From an uncultured Verrucomicrobiota bacterium (lineage in GTDB: Bacteria > Verrucomicrobiota > Verrucomicrobiia > Limisphaerales > UBA9464), in NCBI GenBank assembly GCA_903835555.1, contig CAILNN010000251.1, forward strand, positions 1-59,926: a stretch of 59,926 bases of DNA, written 5' to 3'. Below the pieces are notes generated by a model. It was not told the origin of the DNA. It made no database searches and saw nothing but the letters and a program-made list of their open reading frames with translations. The position numbers and the translations under genes are program-made. Positions 30,434-41,039 of this stretch are shown here, in pieces; position 1 is the stretch's first letter, and every line of letters starts with the position of its first letter.

Positions 30434-32809
30434 ATGTCCCTGCTTGGCCAGCGTGGCTTTTTAGCCCACCCTTCGGCAATGCGTGCTGGGATGATGATAG
30501 GGGTATTGTGCTCTTCCATAATGTCGATGGCAGAGGAGTTTTCTCCTTGGGATGCCATGGACTATGGAGGGTGGCTCGCGTCTTCGGTGACGTTGCCATG
30601 GTCCAAGAATGGTGAAGACCTAGACGGGATTGTTTTGAAGGGCATCACCTTTCGCTCGGGAACCGATTCCGCCACCTTTGATACTGGCGAACTTCGATGG
30701 GCGGGAGCAACTGTCGATGGCCGTCTCAAGTTGATGGGGACGCCATTCGATGGAACCCATCGTCCTCCTGCCAACTCTCGGCCCGCATTGATCGGTAACC
30801 CACTCTTGGCGACATCCCATGGACCAGGTTGGGCTATAGGGGGAGATTGGCGGGATTTGAGAACAGAACCGTATGTTCCACTACCCAGTCAACAGGCTCA
30901 CTACCTCGGTATCCTACGGGTCGATGGGCGAGGGGTGTTGCATTATTCCGCAGGGGATTCAATCGTTTTTGAGACCCCTTCATTTGGAAGTATTGCTAAT
31001 CATCGATTCTTTGCCCGATCCATCGCCGTAAGACCCCATAGCCTGAACCTTTCATTGTTGATCCTGGAAGACCGATTGGAATATCGGGATCACTCGGCTT
31101 TTGACGGTCGTTATCCAGAGGCGGTTTCCACTATCGCTTTTTTGGGGCGCAATGCGTCCGCCGTGGACCGCCTCCCGACGGGAGCACGGTGGCGGGTCAT
31201 CAACGGAACAAAGCTGGCACTCGAATTACCGCCGACATTGGCCACCGAAGTCTTTACTGTGATGACCGGTCCGGTTGACATCGATCGACGCGACCAATGG
31301 CATCCGATTTCTGATCCCGCACCGCTCCGCACGGTTTCCGCGCTGGCAGGGGCAGCCGACTTAGCTCAGGCCAAGGTTAGCTGGGCACCCCGGTTTAAGC
31401 CGACGGTGACGCTGTCTGGAAAACCTGGTAAGGCCACCAACGGATACGTCCTGGATTCGATTCCCATGCCAACTGACAATCCGTGGAAATCGTGGATGCG
31501 CCCCAGTGGGTTCGACTTCTTCCCGGACGGACGGTCGGCTGCCGTCGCCACTTGGAGTGGTGATGTCTGGCTCGTTTCCGGGCTTGTGGGAGACCTCAAT
31601 CAAGTGGTTTGGCGTCGATTGGCCGCCGGTTTGTTCCAGCCATTGGGACTCAAGATCGTGGGCGGAAAGATATTTGTGCTCTGTCGCGATGAAATCGCTC
31701 GACTCGATGATTTCGACGGTGATGGGGAACCAGACGAAGTCGTCAGCTTCAACAATGATGTCAGCGTCACCCCCAATTTCCACGAATTTGCCCTGGACCT
31801 TCAGGCGGACTCGAAAGGCAATTTTTACTTTACCAAAGGTGGTCCACTGTTGGGCACAGAATACTGGGACCCGATAGGTGCGCATAATGGGTCTGTAATC
31901 AAGGTGTCGTCCGATGGAAATCAGTTGGAGCGCCTCGCCACTGGTTTAAGAGCACCCAACGGCTCGGGCATGAGTCCGGATGATCAATTCGTGTGTAGTG
32001 ACAATGAAGGCATTTGGACGCCGGTTTGCCGGATCAACTGGGTAAAGCCGGGAGGATTCTACGGTGCCATGGGCATGGACCACCGCGATATCCCGCCCTT
32101 GGCACCGGACGCCCCGCTTTGTTGGCTGCCCTACGCCATCGACAATTCGTCAGGTTCCCAGGTTTGGGCGGGGAAAGGCTTTGGTCCACTGAGCGGACAA
32201 ATGATTCACCTCAGCTACGGCAAGAGCCGGGCGTTTCATGTACTGACCCAATCAGTGGGTGGAATCATGCAAGGAGGGGTTGTTCCACTTCCTTGGCGCT
32301 TTGATTCATCAGCCATGCGGGGGCGGTCGCATCCAACCGACGGATCGATCTGGGTGGCCGGACTCAAAGGATGGCAGACCACTGCCGCAAACGACGGAGC
32401 CTTGCACCGAATTCGATGGATGGGCGGCACGTATCCGATGGTGACCAGCTTGGCCGTTAAAAAATTTGGAATCGAAATCCGCTTCAATGAGCCGTTGGAT
32501 GGCAAAAGTGCGATAGATCCTGGCAATTGGGATATCCAATGGTGGAACTATCATTGGGGTCATCAGTACGGGTCCGACTTGTACTCCATCTCCGATCCCG
32601 ATCGAAAAACGGGCAAGAAGGGCGAGCTCAAGGGCGATTTAGCCTCGATTCTGAAAGTATTCCTGGGTGACGACAATCGATCGGTGACGCTTCAATTAGA
32701 TCACCTGCAACCCGTGATGCAAATCATGGTGCGTGGGAACCTCCAAACCGCCTCTGGTTCTCCATTGCCGGTGGAATATTACGGAACTATTAACACCGTT
32801 TCCCCGTAG
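30434..32809 (+). CDS. DUF6797-like exported beta-propeller protein (PVC-type glucose/sorbosone dehydrogenase-like)
   Basis: MDYG N-terminal domain, GLFQPLGL, ATGLRAPNG, DNEG.W; start uncertain. Confidence 0.65.
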   Translation: MSLLGQRGFLAHPSAMRAGMMIGVLCSSIMSMAEEFSPWDAMDYGGWLASSVTLPWSKNGEDLDGIVLKGITFRSGTDSATFDTGELRWAGATVDGRLKLMGTPFDGTHRPPANSRPALIGNPLLATSHGPGWAIGGDWRDLRTEPYVPLPSQQAHYLGILRVDGRGVLHYSAGDSIVFETPSFGSIANHRFFARSIAVRPHSLNLSLLILEDRLEYRDHSAFDGRYPEAVSTIAFLGRNASAVDRLPTGARWRVINGTKLALELPPTLATEVFTVMTGPVDIDRRDQWHPISDPAPLRTVSALAGAADLAQAKVSWAPRFKPTVTLSGKPGKATNGYVLDSIPMPTDNPWKSWMRPSGFDFFPDGRSAAVATWSGDVWLVSGLVGDLNQVVWRRLAAGLFQPLGLKIVGGKIFVLCRDEIARLDDFDGDGEPDEVVSFNNDVSVTPNFHEFALDLQADSKGNFYFTKGGPLLGTEYWDPIGAHNGSVIKVSSDGNQLERLATGLRAPNGSGMSPDDQFVCSDNEGIWTPVCRINWVKPGGFYGAMGMDHRDIPPLAPDAPLCWLPYAIDNSSGSQVWAGKGFGPLSGQMIHLSYGKSRAFHVLTQSVGGIMQGGVVPLPWRFDSSAMRGRSHPTDGSIWVAGLKGWQTTAANDGALHRIRWMGGTYPMVTSLAVKKFGIEIRFNEPLDGKSAIDPGNWDIQWWNYHWGHQYGSDLYSISDPDRKTGKKGELKGDLASILKVFLGDDNRSVTLQLDHLQPVMQIMVRGNLQTASGSPLPVEYYGTINTVSP

Positions 32810-32811
32810 CC

Positions 32812-33023
32812 GTCCGACGCGGCTTTTTTCTGTTACCTCAATCCGAGGTGCTTCCCGAGTTAAGGGGGAATGGGGATGTCCGCCAGGTCTTGGACTGCGC
32901 CAGTCCTCTGGCGCTTTGGAAACAGCCGTGAAAATGAACGGCGACCAGAGTTCAGTGGCGGGCGCTTTAGGTTCCGAGGCAAAAAGCGGTAGAGGACAAC
33001 CGCAGTCCAAGAAGCCGGCGCGT
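32812..33023 (+). repeat. About 200-bp REP-pair element, copy 1
   Basis: ATCCGAGGTGCTTCCCGAGTTAAGGGGGAA...GGACTGCGCCAGTCCTCTGGCGCTTT...AAAGCGGTAGAGGACAACCGCAGTCCAAGA; homologous to 36215-36433 and 54680-54760. Confidence 0.85.
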
Positions 33024-33060
33024 TTCCAAACTTAGCCTGCATTTGAAAGGTGCTCTGGAA

Positions 33061-34050
33061 TTATTCAAGTTCGATATCGACCCCAGTCGCAAGTTTTCGA
33101 GCTAAGGATAGAAAATCTTTGTAACAGTCACTGACCGCTGAAACGTGCGCCCCAATGGCCCCGTCTGCGGGTTTGAGACTGAACATCGGTTTATTTGCTT
33201 CCACGGCCAATGGCATCAGGCTGCGGTAATGCTTTAGCTGAGCCAGGAGATACGGATCGTTTTGAATCGAGGGTATCGTGCCCGTTTCGGATTCACCGAG
33301 GACGGCGTTTCGGTAAGCCGCAGGAATCTTATCCATCCAGCGCTGATAATCTTTTACCGGACGCTTGTCCCTCATGCCATGCTGCATGACAATGTAACCT
33401 TCTGAGGCCATTCTGCCAGATGGTAGTGAAAAATCTGGCGGTGCTTTGTTCACAAGATCTTTCCATGTGGACCGCCATTGCCTCAAAGTAGGACCTAGAT
33501 TCTTGAGTCCTTGGAGAGAAAAAAGGTCCGGTGCCAGTGGGAAACAAACATGATCCGATGCGATGAGGGCCGATCGGTTGATGGCACCCAGATTGGGGCC
33601 GACATCGATCAGAATGAGTTCCGCCCGATCCTTTGCCACCGCTTGAATGAGTCGGTGGAAAGCCGTCATGGTGCGGAATGCGCCTTCATCGGAATTATGA
33701 CATCGCGGCCAGGCTTCAGACAGCTTGTCTTCAAAACGAGAAAGGCCAAGGTCGCCGGGCAATAAGTAGAGGTTTCGGGAAATGTTCTCCAACGGAGGGG
33801 GGGAGATGTCTCCGACTCCTCTCAAAATGGGCCGAACCGCCCCGTAAATGGTAGAAGTATGTTCTTGGCTGTCCGGCCATATTTCTTCCAATCGTTCTTC
33901 AGAAAGAAACATGGCAGAAAGGTTGGCCTGTGGGTCGAGATCAACCGCTACTACAGGAATTCCACGCTCCGCCAGCATCCATGAAAGGTGGTACACCAGC
34001 GAGGTTTTGCCGACCCCGCCTTTGTTATTAAAAAATGCGATGGTTTTCAT
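33061..34050 (-). CDS. ParA/MinD-family ATPase
   Basis: FFNNKGGVGKTS deviant Walker A, DLDPQANLS, IDVGPNLGAINR. Confidence 0.9.
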   Translation of the reverse strand: MKTIAFFNNKGGVGKTSLVYHLSWMLAERGIPVVAVDLDPQANLSAMFLSEERLEEIWPDSQEHTSTIYGAVRPILRGVGDISPPPLENISRNLYLLPGDLGLSRFEDKLSEAWPRCHNSDEGAFRTMTAFHRLIQAVAKDRAELILIDVGPNLGAINRSALIASDHVCFPLAPDLFSLQGLKNLGPTLRQWRSTWKDLVNKAPPDFSLPSGRMASEGYIVMQHGMRDKRPVKDYQRWMDKIPAAYRNAVLGESETGTIPSIQNDPYLLAQLKHYRSLMPLAVEANKPMFSLKPADGAIGAHVSAVSDCYKDFLSLARKLATGVDIELE

Positions 34051-35240
34051 CGACGAGTGCGAATGGTGACACCGAAAAAAGTGTCGCCAAACTCAAATTC
34101 AGCGGGTGGGCTTCCATTCTTGGCCAATAGACTCTGGGCGCGCTCGACTCCACGACCATACCGATTGATAGCACCCAAAGTTTTCATCGCTTCCGCTAAT
34201 ATCGGGTTTCGATAGCTGGTCTGACGGGGAAAGTTCTCTGGACGAGCCTCTCCATAGAGTGGGCCAGGATTTTGAATCTCGATACGATCCGTAAATTGAT
34301 AAAACCGCACCGGGGAATTGGATTCGTAGGAACGATGCAGAACCGCGTTCATCAAGAGTTCGCGAATAGCAGCCTCGGGATAGTCCGCCACCAGCCTTTC
34401 CTCAATAGAGGACAAACGCTCGGGGCGTGTGTTGGTGATCAGCGAAATAAAGGTTTTCAGTTCGAGAATAACAGAGAGCAGGTCGCCTTGAAATCGTTTT
34501 TCCGACAGTGGGTCGGAACTGAGATCATTTCCGTCAAAGCGAACGAATTGGATGTAGGCGTTGGGCAGCCAACTCAACAGATCTTTGGCAAACAAAATGA
34601 GTCCTGCGTAGGTCGGTAAGTTGCGGCGGAGATCAAAAAAACGGAGCGATGCAAGCTGGTTTTCAATCGATCGATGATTATCCGAAATGGTTTCTGCATC
34701 AATGGCTTGCGGTCGGTAGGTGGAAGTAAACAGGTCCAAGGAAAGGTCTGACAGGGATGCACCATTACAGGCCTGTGCGTCAAACGTTCTCGCATAGGAA
34801 GTACGGCGTTCGATCAAGATCGATTCTTCCGTCTCATTGGCGATCCCTTTCACTGGGCCGCGTCGAATCCATGCCTGGCCTTTATAGCGCACCGGGGGCA
34901 GCCTTGATGGTTGGACCTCAACGACGGCTATTTCTCCAAGCCCCGAGGAGAGGATGACTCGATAGGCAATAAGTGCTGGAGCTGGGAGAATGTTTCCGTT
35001 CGATGCTAGATTGGCCAGATTCTGGAGGAGTTGGTCCGTGACTATCAGCCCACTTGGAGTGCCTGTCTTATCATCGGCTCCGATGAAAAGGTAGCCAGGC
35101 AGGTTAGATCCGGGCATGTCATTGGCAAAGGCGCATATCGCTTGGGCGAATTTGTCCGTCTTTTCTACGGAAACGGTGCGTTCCACTCGAAAGGACTCGA
35201 TTTCACCCAGGAGCATCACGAGTTCATCTTCGGTGATCAT
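34047..35240 (-). CDS. Schlafen/AlbA_2 domain + RecG-C-like HATPase_c_4 domain protein
   Basis: ESFRVER, ICAFAN...GYLFIG..D; AIRELLMNAVLHRSY, DRIEIQNPG, RNP.LA, GRG. Stop overlaps the ParA start (ATGA). Confidence 0.82.
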   Translation of the reverse strand: MITEDELVMLLGEIESFRVERTVSVEKTDKFAQAICAFANDMPGSNLPGYLFIGADDKTGTPSGLIVTDQLLQNLANLASNGNILPAPALIAYRVILSSGLGEIAVVEVQPSRLPPVRYKGQAWIRRGPVKGIANETEESILIERRTSYARTFDAQACNGASLSDLSLDLFTSTYRPQAIDAETISDNHRSIENQLASLRFFDLRRNLPTYAGLILFAKDLLSWLPNAYIQFVRFDGNDLSSDPLSEKRFQGDLLSVILELKTFISLITNTRPERLSSIEERLVADYPEAAIRELLMNAVLHRSYESNSPVRFYQFTDRIEIQNPGPLYGEARPENFPRQTSYRNPILAEAMKTLGAINRYGRGVERAQSLLAKNGSPPAEFEFGDTFFGVTIRTRR

Positions 35241-35533
35241 GGTCTTTTAGTTAGCAGGAGAGGTGGCCTCCGTGTCATTGTTAATGTGATAACTTCCGCC
35301 GACCGATTCGTCGAAGAAAGCCGGCACGCTGTCTAAACGTGTGCCACGCGCAAGCCTTCAATTAAGCATGGTGACCGAACTATTCGATGATACCAGACCA
35401 AAGCCAATCATGACTCTCTGTCGCAACCGCATGTCTGTCAGAGTTGCATGTGGATATTGGGAATCCAGTGCGAATTCATTCCTTGGTTCCCATTGCACCC
35501 CGTTGGTTTCGTTCGGTAGCCTTCAAGGCGGAA

Positions 35534-36106
35534 ATGTTGTTGTTCCGTACGCCGATTCCCGCCGACTGGCTTCCAAAGATTCTTGCGCATCTACCGCAGG
35601 TGCTGGTGGACCATGCCCATTTGGAACGCAAGGCCGCCACATCAGCGCTGAATCTTGAAAAATTCCGCCAGTTGCATAGCCGGGTTCATGAACTGAATGC
35701 CATCGCCATTGAGGAGCTACAGCATTTCGAGTTGGTTTTACGCCTCCTACAGGCGCGGGGAATCCCTTTTGATGAACCGAGACCGAGCCGCTGGATTCGC
35801 GGGCTCATGCGCGGTATTCGCCCGGGCGTACAAGGGCAGGTGATTGACCACCTCATTGTCTGTGCCCTAATCGAAGGTCGTAGTTGCGAAAAATTCCAGG
35901 TCTTGGCGGAAGCTTTGGAACCTATCGATCCGCCCTTGGCCCAATTCTACGCCAGGTTGGTCGAATCCGAGGGCAATCACTACGCCACTTACCTGATCAT
36001 GGCCCGCCACATTGATTTGCAAGAAACCGATCGCCGACTGGATTGGTTTCTCGACCTGGAGGCGGAATTGACCCAGCAAGGCCATCCGGATCCAATCCTG
36101 CACTGA
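35534..36106 (+). CDS. miaE: tRNA 2-methylthio-N6-isopentenyladenosine hydroxylase (di-iron)
   Basis: DHAHLERKAA, EELQHF, ALIEGRSCEKF, SEGNHY. Confidence 0.85.
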   Translation: MLLFRTPIPADWLPKILAHLPQVLVDHAHLERKAATSALNLEKFRQLHSRVHELNAIAIEELQHFELVLRLLQARGIPFDEPRPSRWIRGLMRGIRPGVQGQVIDHLIVCALIEGRSCEKFQVLAEALEPIDPPLAQFYARLVESEGNHYATYLIMARHIDLQETDRRLDWFLDLEAELTQQGHPDPILH

Positions 36107-36214
36107 CGTGTCACCCTTATGTTGAATTTCCCGATCCAAAGTCGATTCGGCGATAAGCTCTCACCCAGCCGGAGGAATGGTATGGTGCTTAGATTACGGG
36201 ATCAGGGTCTTTGT

Positions 36215-36433
36215 CCGTCCTGCACGCGAACTTTTGATGTGGCTACCACGATCCGAGGCGCTCCCCGAGTTAAGGGGGAAAGGGATGTCCAATGGGTCTA
36301 GGACTGCGCCAGTCCCCTGGCGCTTTGGAAAAAGGCCATATAATCGCGAGTGACCAAGAATCACGAACGGGCTTCTCAGGAAGCGAGGCCCAAAAGCGGT
36401 AGAGGACAACCGCACTCCAAGACGCTGCCGCGT
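36215..36433 (+). repeat. About 200-bp REP-pair element, copy 2
   Basis: ATCCGAGGCGCTCCCCGAGTTAAGGGGGAA...GGACTGCGCCAGTCCCCTGGCGCTTT...AAAGCGGTAGAGGACAACCGCACTCCAAGA. Confidence 0.85.
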
Positions 36434-36592
36434 GCTACCACCGTTCTTCGGCTTCATCTCTACCGGATCGGTAGACGCAACGCCTTTCAAATTTGGCAGA
36501 TTCAGACCAATACAATCGGGGATTTCTCGAAGGCCATAAATGGGGTGACCAAAGCCCCTGGGATTGAAGTGCTGCTGGAGGGGACTCCGAAC

Positions 36593-38149
36593 CTACTCAA
36601 CCTCCTGCGTAGCCGTGCGCGGCGACGCGGCCAGCAGTTCCTCAAACTCAACCAGTTCCTGAATCTGCGCCAGGAACCATGGATCAATTTTGCTCAGGTG
36701 GAAAATTTGTTCGGAAGTGAATCCGGCTCGGAACGCATGCCGGATGAAGAAGATTCGCTCCGCATTAGGGACGCTGAGCTTTCGGCTAATAACGTCGTTG
36801 GGTAGAATATCCCGGTCACCGTAAACATCGGTACCGACACGCCACGGTTTCCCGTCCCCGCCCAGTCCGCTACGTCCAATTTCCAACGAACGAAGGCATT
36901 TTTGGAGGCTTTCCTTGAAAGTGCGTCCAATGGCCATCGCTTCGCCCACACTTTTCATCTGAGTGGTCAAGGTGGGGTCCGCTTGGGGGAATTTCTCGAA
37001 GGCAAACCGAGGGATTTTGGTGACCACGTAGTCGATCGTTGGTTCAAAGCTGGCCGGAGTTTCCCGGGTGATATCGTTTCGGATTTCGTCCAGCCGGTAG
37101 CCGACAGCCAGTTTGGCCGCAATCTTGGCGATCGGGAATCCTGTGGCCTTTGACGCCAGAGCAGAGCTGCGGCTGACACGAGGATTCATTTCAATGACAA
37201 TCATGCGCCCATTCTCCGGGTTCACCGAGAACTGGATATTGGACCCACCGGTTTCTACCCCCACGGCGCGAATAACCGCGAAACTGGCATCGCGCATGAT
37301 TTGAAACTCCTTGTCGGTCAAGGTCTGAATCGGAGCCACGGTGATCGAATCACCGGTATGTACCCCCATCGGATCAAAGTTCTCGATAGAACAGATGATC
37401 ACGCAGTTATCGGCGCAATCGCGCATCACTTCCATCTCGTACTCCTTCCAGCCCAGCAGTGATTCTTCGATGAGAATCTCCGAGACGGGTGACAGGTCGA
37501 GTCCGCGTCGGGCGATTTCTTCAAATTCGTCCCGATTGTACGCAATTCCCCCCCCGGTTCCGCCCAAGGTAAATCCGGGCCGAATAATGAGGGGAAATCG
37601 CCCAATCCGTTCAGCAACCGCTCGGGCCTCATCAAAATTATGAGCGGTACCGCTGATGGGGACATCCAATCCAATTTGGATCATCAACTGTTTGAAGGTC
37701 TCGCGGTCCTCGCCTCGCTGAATTGCCTCGGCCTTGGCACCGATCATTTCCACTCCCAGCCGCTGCAAGACCCCATTGCGGTGGAGTGACATGGCGGTAT
37801 TGAGCGCTGTTTGTCCGCCCAAGGTGGGCAGCAAGACCAACCGGCTTGGCGTCTTGCCGTCGGACGCGGCGTCCACCGCGACACCCAGTCGGCGCATCTC
37901 CTCCAATTCGCGAACGATAATTTTTTCGACCGCCAGCGGTGTGATCGGTTCGATGTAGGTCCGGTCGGCAAACTCCGGGTCAGTCATGATCGTCGCAGGA
38001 TTCGAGTTGACCAGGATTACCCGGTACCCTTCCTCGCGGAGTGCCTTGCAGGCTTGGGTGCCTGAATAGTCAAACTCACAGGCTTGGCCGATGATGATCG
38101 GTCCGGCACCGATGATGAGGACGGAGTGGATGTCAGTGCGTTTCGGCAT
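36593..38149 (-). CDS. carB: Carbamoyl-phosphate synthase large subunit, N-terminal half only
   Basis: [44 protein letters not shown]; stops after [13 protein letters not shown] (about 518 aa). Confidence 0.9.
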   Translation of the reverse strand: MPKRTDIHSVLIIGAGPIIIGQACEFDYSGTQACKALREEGYRVILVNSNPATIMTDPEFADRTYIEPITPLAVEKIIVRELEEMRRLGVAVDAASDGKTPSRLVLLPTLGGQTALNTAMSLHRNGVLQRLGVEMIGAKAEAIQRGEDRETFKQLMIQIGLDVPISGTAHNFDEARAVAERIGRFPLIIRPGFTLGGTGGGIAYNRDEFEEIARRGLDLSPVSEILIEESLLGWKEYEMEVMRDCADNCVIICSIENFDPMGVHTGDSITVAPIQTLTDKEFQIMRDASFAVIRAVGVETGGSNIQFSVNPENGRMIVIEMNPRVSRSSALASKATGFPIAKIAAKLAVGYRLDEIRNDITRETPASFEPTIDYVVTKIPRFAFEKFPQADPTLTTQMKSVGEAMAIGRTFKESLQKCLRSLEIGRSGLGGDGKPWRVGTDVYGDRDILPNDVISRKLSVPNAERIFFIRHAFRAGFTSEQIFHLSKIDPWFLAQIQELVEFEELLAASPRTATQEVE

Positions 38150-38274
38150 GGCTCGGGAACGAGTTAAACAGGCCGGATAGAACACGCTTGCGAGGAGCAA
38201 CGCGAAACAAAAAATCCGGGAAATGGTTTCAGACGGGCTGGAACAACGAAAATGGGGAAGGGGACTCCGTCCCG

Positions 38275-39651
38275 TTATTCGTACCGCAATGCTTGAATGG
38301 GGTCGAGTCGGGCTGCCTTGATGGCCGGAATCAAACCTGCCGCCATTCCCACCACGGCGCTAAACGCCACACCCATGAGCATGGATTGACTGGTGATTAC
38401 GGGCGTATTCGCCGACGGCGTGATGGCTTGGAGGACCTGGACAAACCCAAAGCTCGCTCCAACCCCCAATCCAGCCCCTATCAGGGAAACGACCGTGCTC
38501 TCAACAATAATCTGAGTGAAGATTTCCCCGCCCGTCGCCCCAATTGCTTTGCAAATCCCAAGCTCACGAATCCGTTCATTGATGCTGGCCAGCATGATGT
38601 TCATGATCCCAATCCCGCCAACCAACAAACTGATTCCTGCGATGATTCCTCCACTCAGTCTAGAGGCTCGTATTTGTTTGGTGATGGTGGAAATTTGGTT
38701 TTCCTGGGTTTGAAAAGTGAAGTCCTCAATTCCTTTGTGGGTCACCATCAGGATATTGCGGGCTTGGGTTAGAGCGTCGTCGAGGTGCTCGATATCGGTA
38801 ACCTTGAGGTCAATATCGCTGATGCGACTATCGGTCACCCCATCCCCCAATTTCCCGATCGATTTGAATTTTACCCAGGCGGTATTGAACGGCATGTAAA
38901 GAGTGTGGTTTTTGCGCCAGAACGCCCAACCGCCACCACGTCCCCATCCGCGCTGCCGCTTTGGACCGCTATCGGGTACTTCGGCCTTTTTGGGGGACAA
39001 GGCCGCCTTTCGCGCAGCAGCACGCTCCTTCGCCTCCTGTTCGCCCATGTAGTGGTCGAACATGCCAATGATTTTGAACGGTTGGCCATTGATCAGGATA
39101 ATTTCTCCAATTGGGATGATTTCTTGCCCGGTTTCCTCCGGCTTGCCGAAAAGGTCGTCGCGAATGCCGTCTCCTATGACACAGACGCTTCGAGCTTCCG
39201 CCTCGTCAATGTCACTGAAAAAGCGCCCATGCGCTACGGTATGGAGGTTCATGTTCAAGACGGCCGGCCATACCCCGGCACATTCACTGATCTGGGCGGG
39301 CTTGTCGCCATGAGTCACCGTTGGTTCGACGATCTGTATCTGTGGCGAAACAATCTTGATGAGCGGGGCACCCCGCATGAGGGCATAAGCGTCTGGAAGC
39401 GTCTTGCCCGGGGCTTCATCGGCGAGATGGTCTTGCCAGGCGGGAACTGCTTGATCCTGGAGTGAAACTTTGTCGGCCCCGCCATTCGCAATCATGGACT
39501 CCTTCATGCCATTCTCCATGCCCTTGGTGATGGCGGCCATTCCCACCAAACTGGCAACCCCCAGAATGATTCCAAGCATGGTGAGCAACGAGCGGAACTT
39601 GTGCGCCCAAATCTCTTTTAGCCCCACCAAAACTGTATTCCAGAGATTCAT
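38275..39651 (-). CDS. MacB-like ABC permease (paralog 2)
   Basis: [51 protein letters not shown]. Confidence 0.92.
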   Translation of the reverse strand: MNLWNTVLVGLKEIWAHKFRSLLTMLGIILGVASLVGMAAITKGMENGMKESMIANGGADKVSLQDQAVPAWQDHLADEAPGKTLPDAYALMRGAPLIKIVSPQIQIVEPTVTHGDKPAQISECAGVWPAVLNMNLHTVAHGRFFSDIDEAEARSVCVIGDGIRDDLFGKPEETGQEIIPIGEIILINGQPFKIIGMFDHYMGEQEAKERAAARKAALSPKKAEVPDSGPKRQRGWGRGGGWAFWRKNHTLYMPFNTAWVKFKSIGKLGDGVTDSRISDIDLKVTDIEHLDDALTQARNILMVTHKGIEDFTFQTQENQISTITKQIRASRLSGGIIAGISLLVGGIGIMNIMLASINERIRELGICKAIGATGGEIFTQIIVESTVVSLIGAGLGVGASFGFVQVLQAITPSANTPVITSQSMLMGVAFSAVVGMAAGLIPAIKAARLDPIQALRYE

Positions 39652-41039
39652 CAGTCGTATCGGAGTGCTTGGATGACGTTCATCCGCGCGGCCTTGACGG
39701 CGGGAAAAAGCCCGGCGAGTACACCGACCAGGACGCTCGCTCCAAAGGCAAAAGCCATCGCCGAAAGCGTGACAATAGGAGCATTGTCGGTTGGAGAAAC
39801 AAAGGCAATCAGTTGCAAGAGACCCAGGCTGGTTACGAGTCCCACGGCACCGCCGATCATAGCGATGACCACGCTTTCCACCACGATTTGGACGAAAACA
39901 TCCACACCGCCCGCGCCGACTGCTTTGCGGATGCCGATTTCACGGATTCGCTCGCTGATACTGGCCAGCATGATGTTCATGATGCCAATACCACCCACCA
40001 GCAAGCTGATGCCAGAAATTAATCCCCCCGACAGGCGGGCGTTCTTGATGTACAGGTTGATCTGGTCGGCCCAGTCTTCCTGAGTTCTAAAGGCGAAGTC
40101 TTCCACCCCGTGGTGGTTAATCATCAAGACGTTGCGAATTTCGGTCAGAGCCAAGTTCAGATTTTGGACGTCGCGAATCTTGATTTCCAAGTTACTCAGG
40201 CGCGGTTCCGCCGGCACATTGGTGACACCGGATACCAGCTTCACCCACATGGTGTTTAGGGGCAGGTAGACCGTGTGGTTCTTGATCCAAAAGGCAAAGC
40301 CGCCGCGCCGTCCCCCCCCATTCCAACCTCGGTCTCGTCGGGGACCCGCTGCCGAATTGGTCTGTCCGGCGGCTATCCGCTTTGCCTCCTCCGCTTTCCT
40401 GATCTGCCGTTCGCGGTGTTCCTGCTCGCTTTCATAGTGCTCGAACATTCCAACCACGGTGAACGGGTAGCCATTGACTGAAATCGTCTTGCCCAACGGA
40501 ATGATTTCTTCCCCTGTCTTTTCCGGATCGCCCCACAGATCATCCCGGATACCGGTCCCGATCACGCACACGCTTCGTGCCAGTTCATCATCTACTTCGT
40601 TGAACATGCGCCCGTGCTCGACCTTGTGCTCCATCATTTCCAATTGCACCGGCCAAACTCCGGAAGTCATGAAAGTACGGGTAAACTTTCCATTGGCGGT
40701 CAGCGTGGGAGGGGTATCCAACCGCATCTCTGGAGAGACATCTTCAATTTCGGGAACGCTTCCTTGAATCGCGTAAACATCTGAAAGAGTGACTCCACGC
40801 GCGAAATCACGCAGATGGCGTTGGTCCGGTGGCACCGGTTGTCCTTCAACTCGAACCTTTTGAAGTCCACCAACCGCGACCAGGGCCTCCCGCGCTCCCT
40901 TTTCCATTCCCGTGACCATGGCGCTCATCGCAACCAAGGACGACACGCCAAGAATAATACCCAGCATGGTCAGCAGAGAGCGGAACTTGTGAGCCCAAAT
41001 CTCCTTGAGGCCCACTTCCATGGCATTCCACAAATTCAT
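39651..41039 (-). CDS. MacB-like ABC permease (paralog 1)
   Basis: Same MacB motifs; ends QALRYD. Confidence 0.92.
   Translation of the reverse strand: MNLWNAMEVGLKEIWAHKFRSLLTMLGIILGVSSLVAMSAMVTGMEKGAREALVAVGGLQKVRVEGQPVPPDQRHLRDFARGVTLSDVYAIQGSVPEIEDVSPEMRLDTPPTLTANGKFTRTFMTSGVWPVQLEMMEHKVEHGRMFNEVDDELARSVCVIGTGIRDDLWGDPEKTGEEIIPLGKTISVNGYPFTVVGMFEHYESEQEHRERQIRKAEEAKRIAAGQTNSAAGPRRDRGWNGGGRRGGFAFWIKNHTVYLPLNTMWVKLVSGVTNVPAEPRLSNLEIKIRDVQNLNLALTEIRNVLMINHHGVEDFAFRTQEDWADQINLYIKNARLSGGLISGISLLVGGIGIMNIMLASISERIREIGIRKAVGAGGVDVFVQIVVESVVIAMIGGAVGLVTSLGLLQLIAFVSPTDNAPIVTLSAMAFAFGASVLVGVLAGLFPAVKAARMNVIQALRYD

Noticed and set aside
33061-34050. Plasmid/chromosome partition locus or integrated plasmid
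   Set aside because: No parB, parS repeats, rep or integrase nearby.
32812-36433. Composite transposon or att-bounded island
   Set aside because: The flanking repeats are diverged, have a third copy elsewhere, and no recombinase is encoded. They are better explained as dispersed REP elements.
36350-36592. Frameshifted continuation of carB
   Set aside because: The downstream sequence shows no CarB motifs and runs into the REP element.
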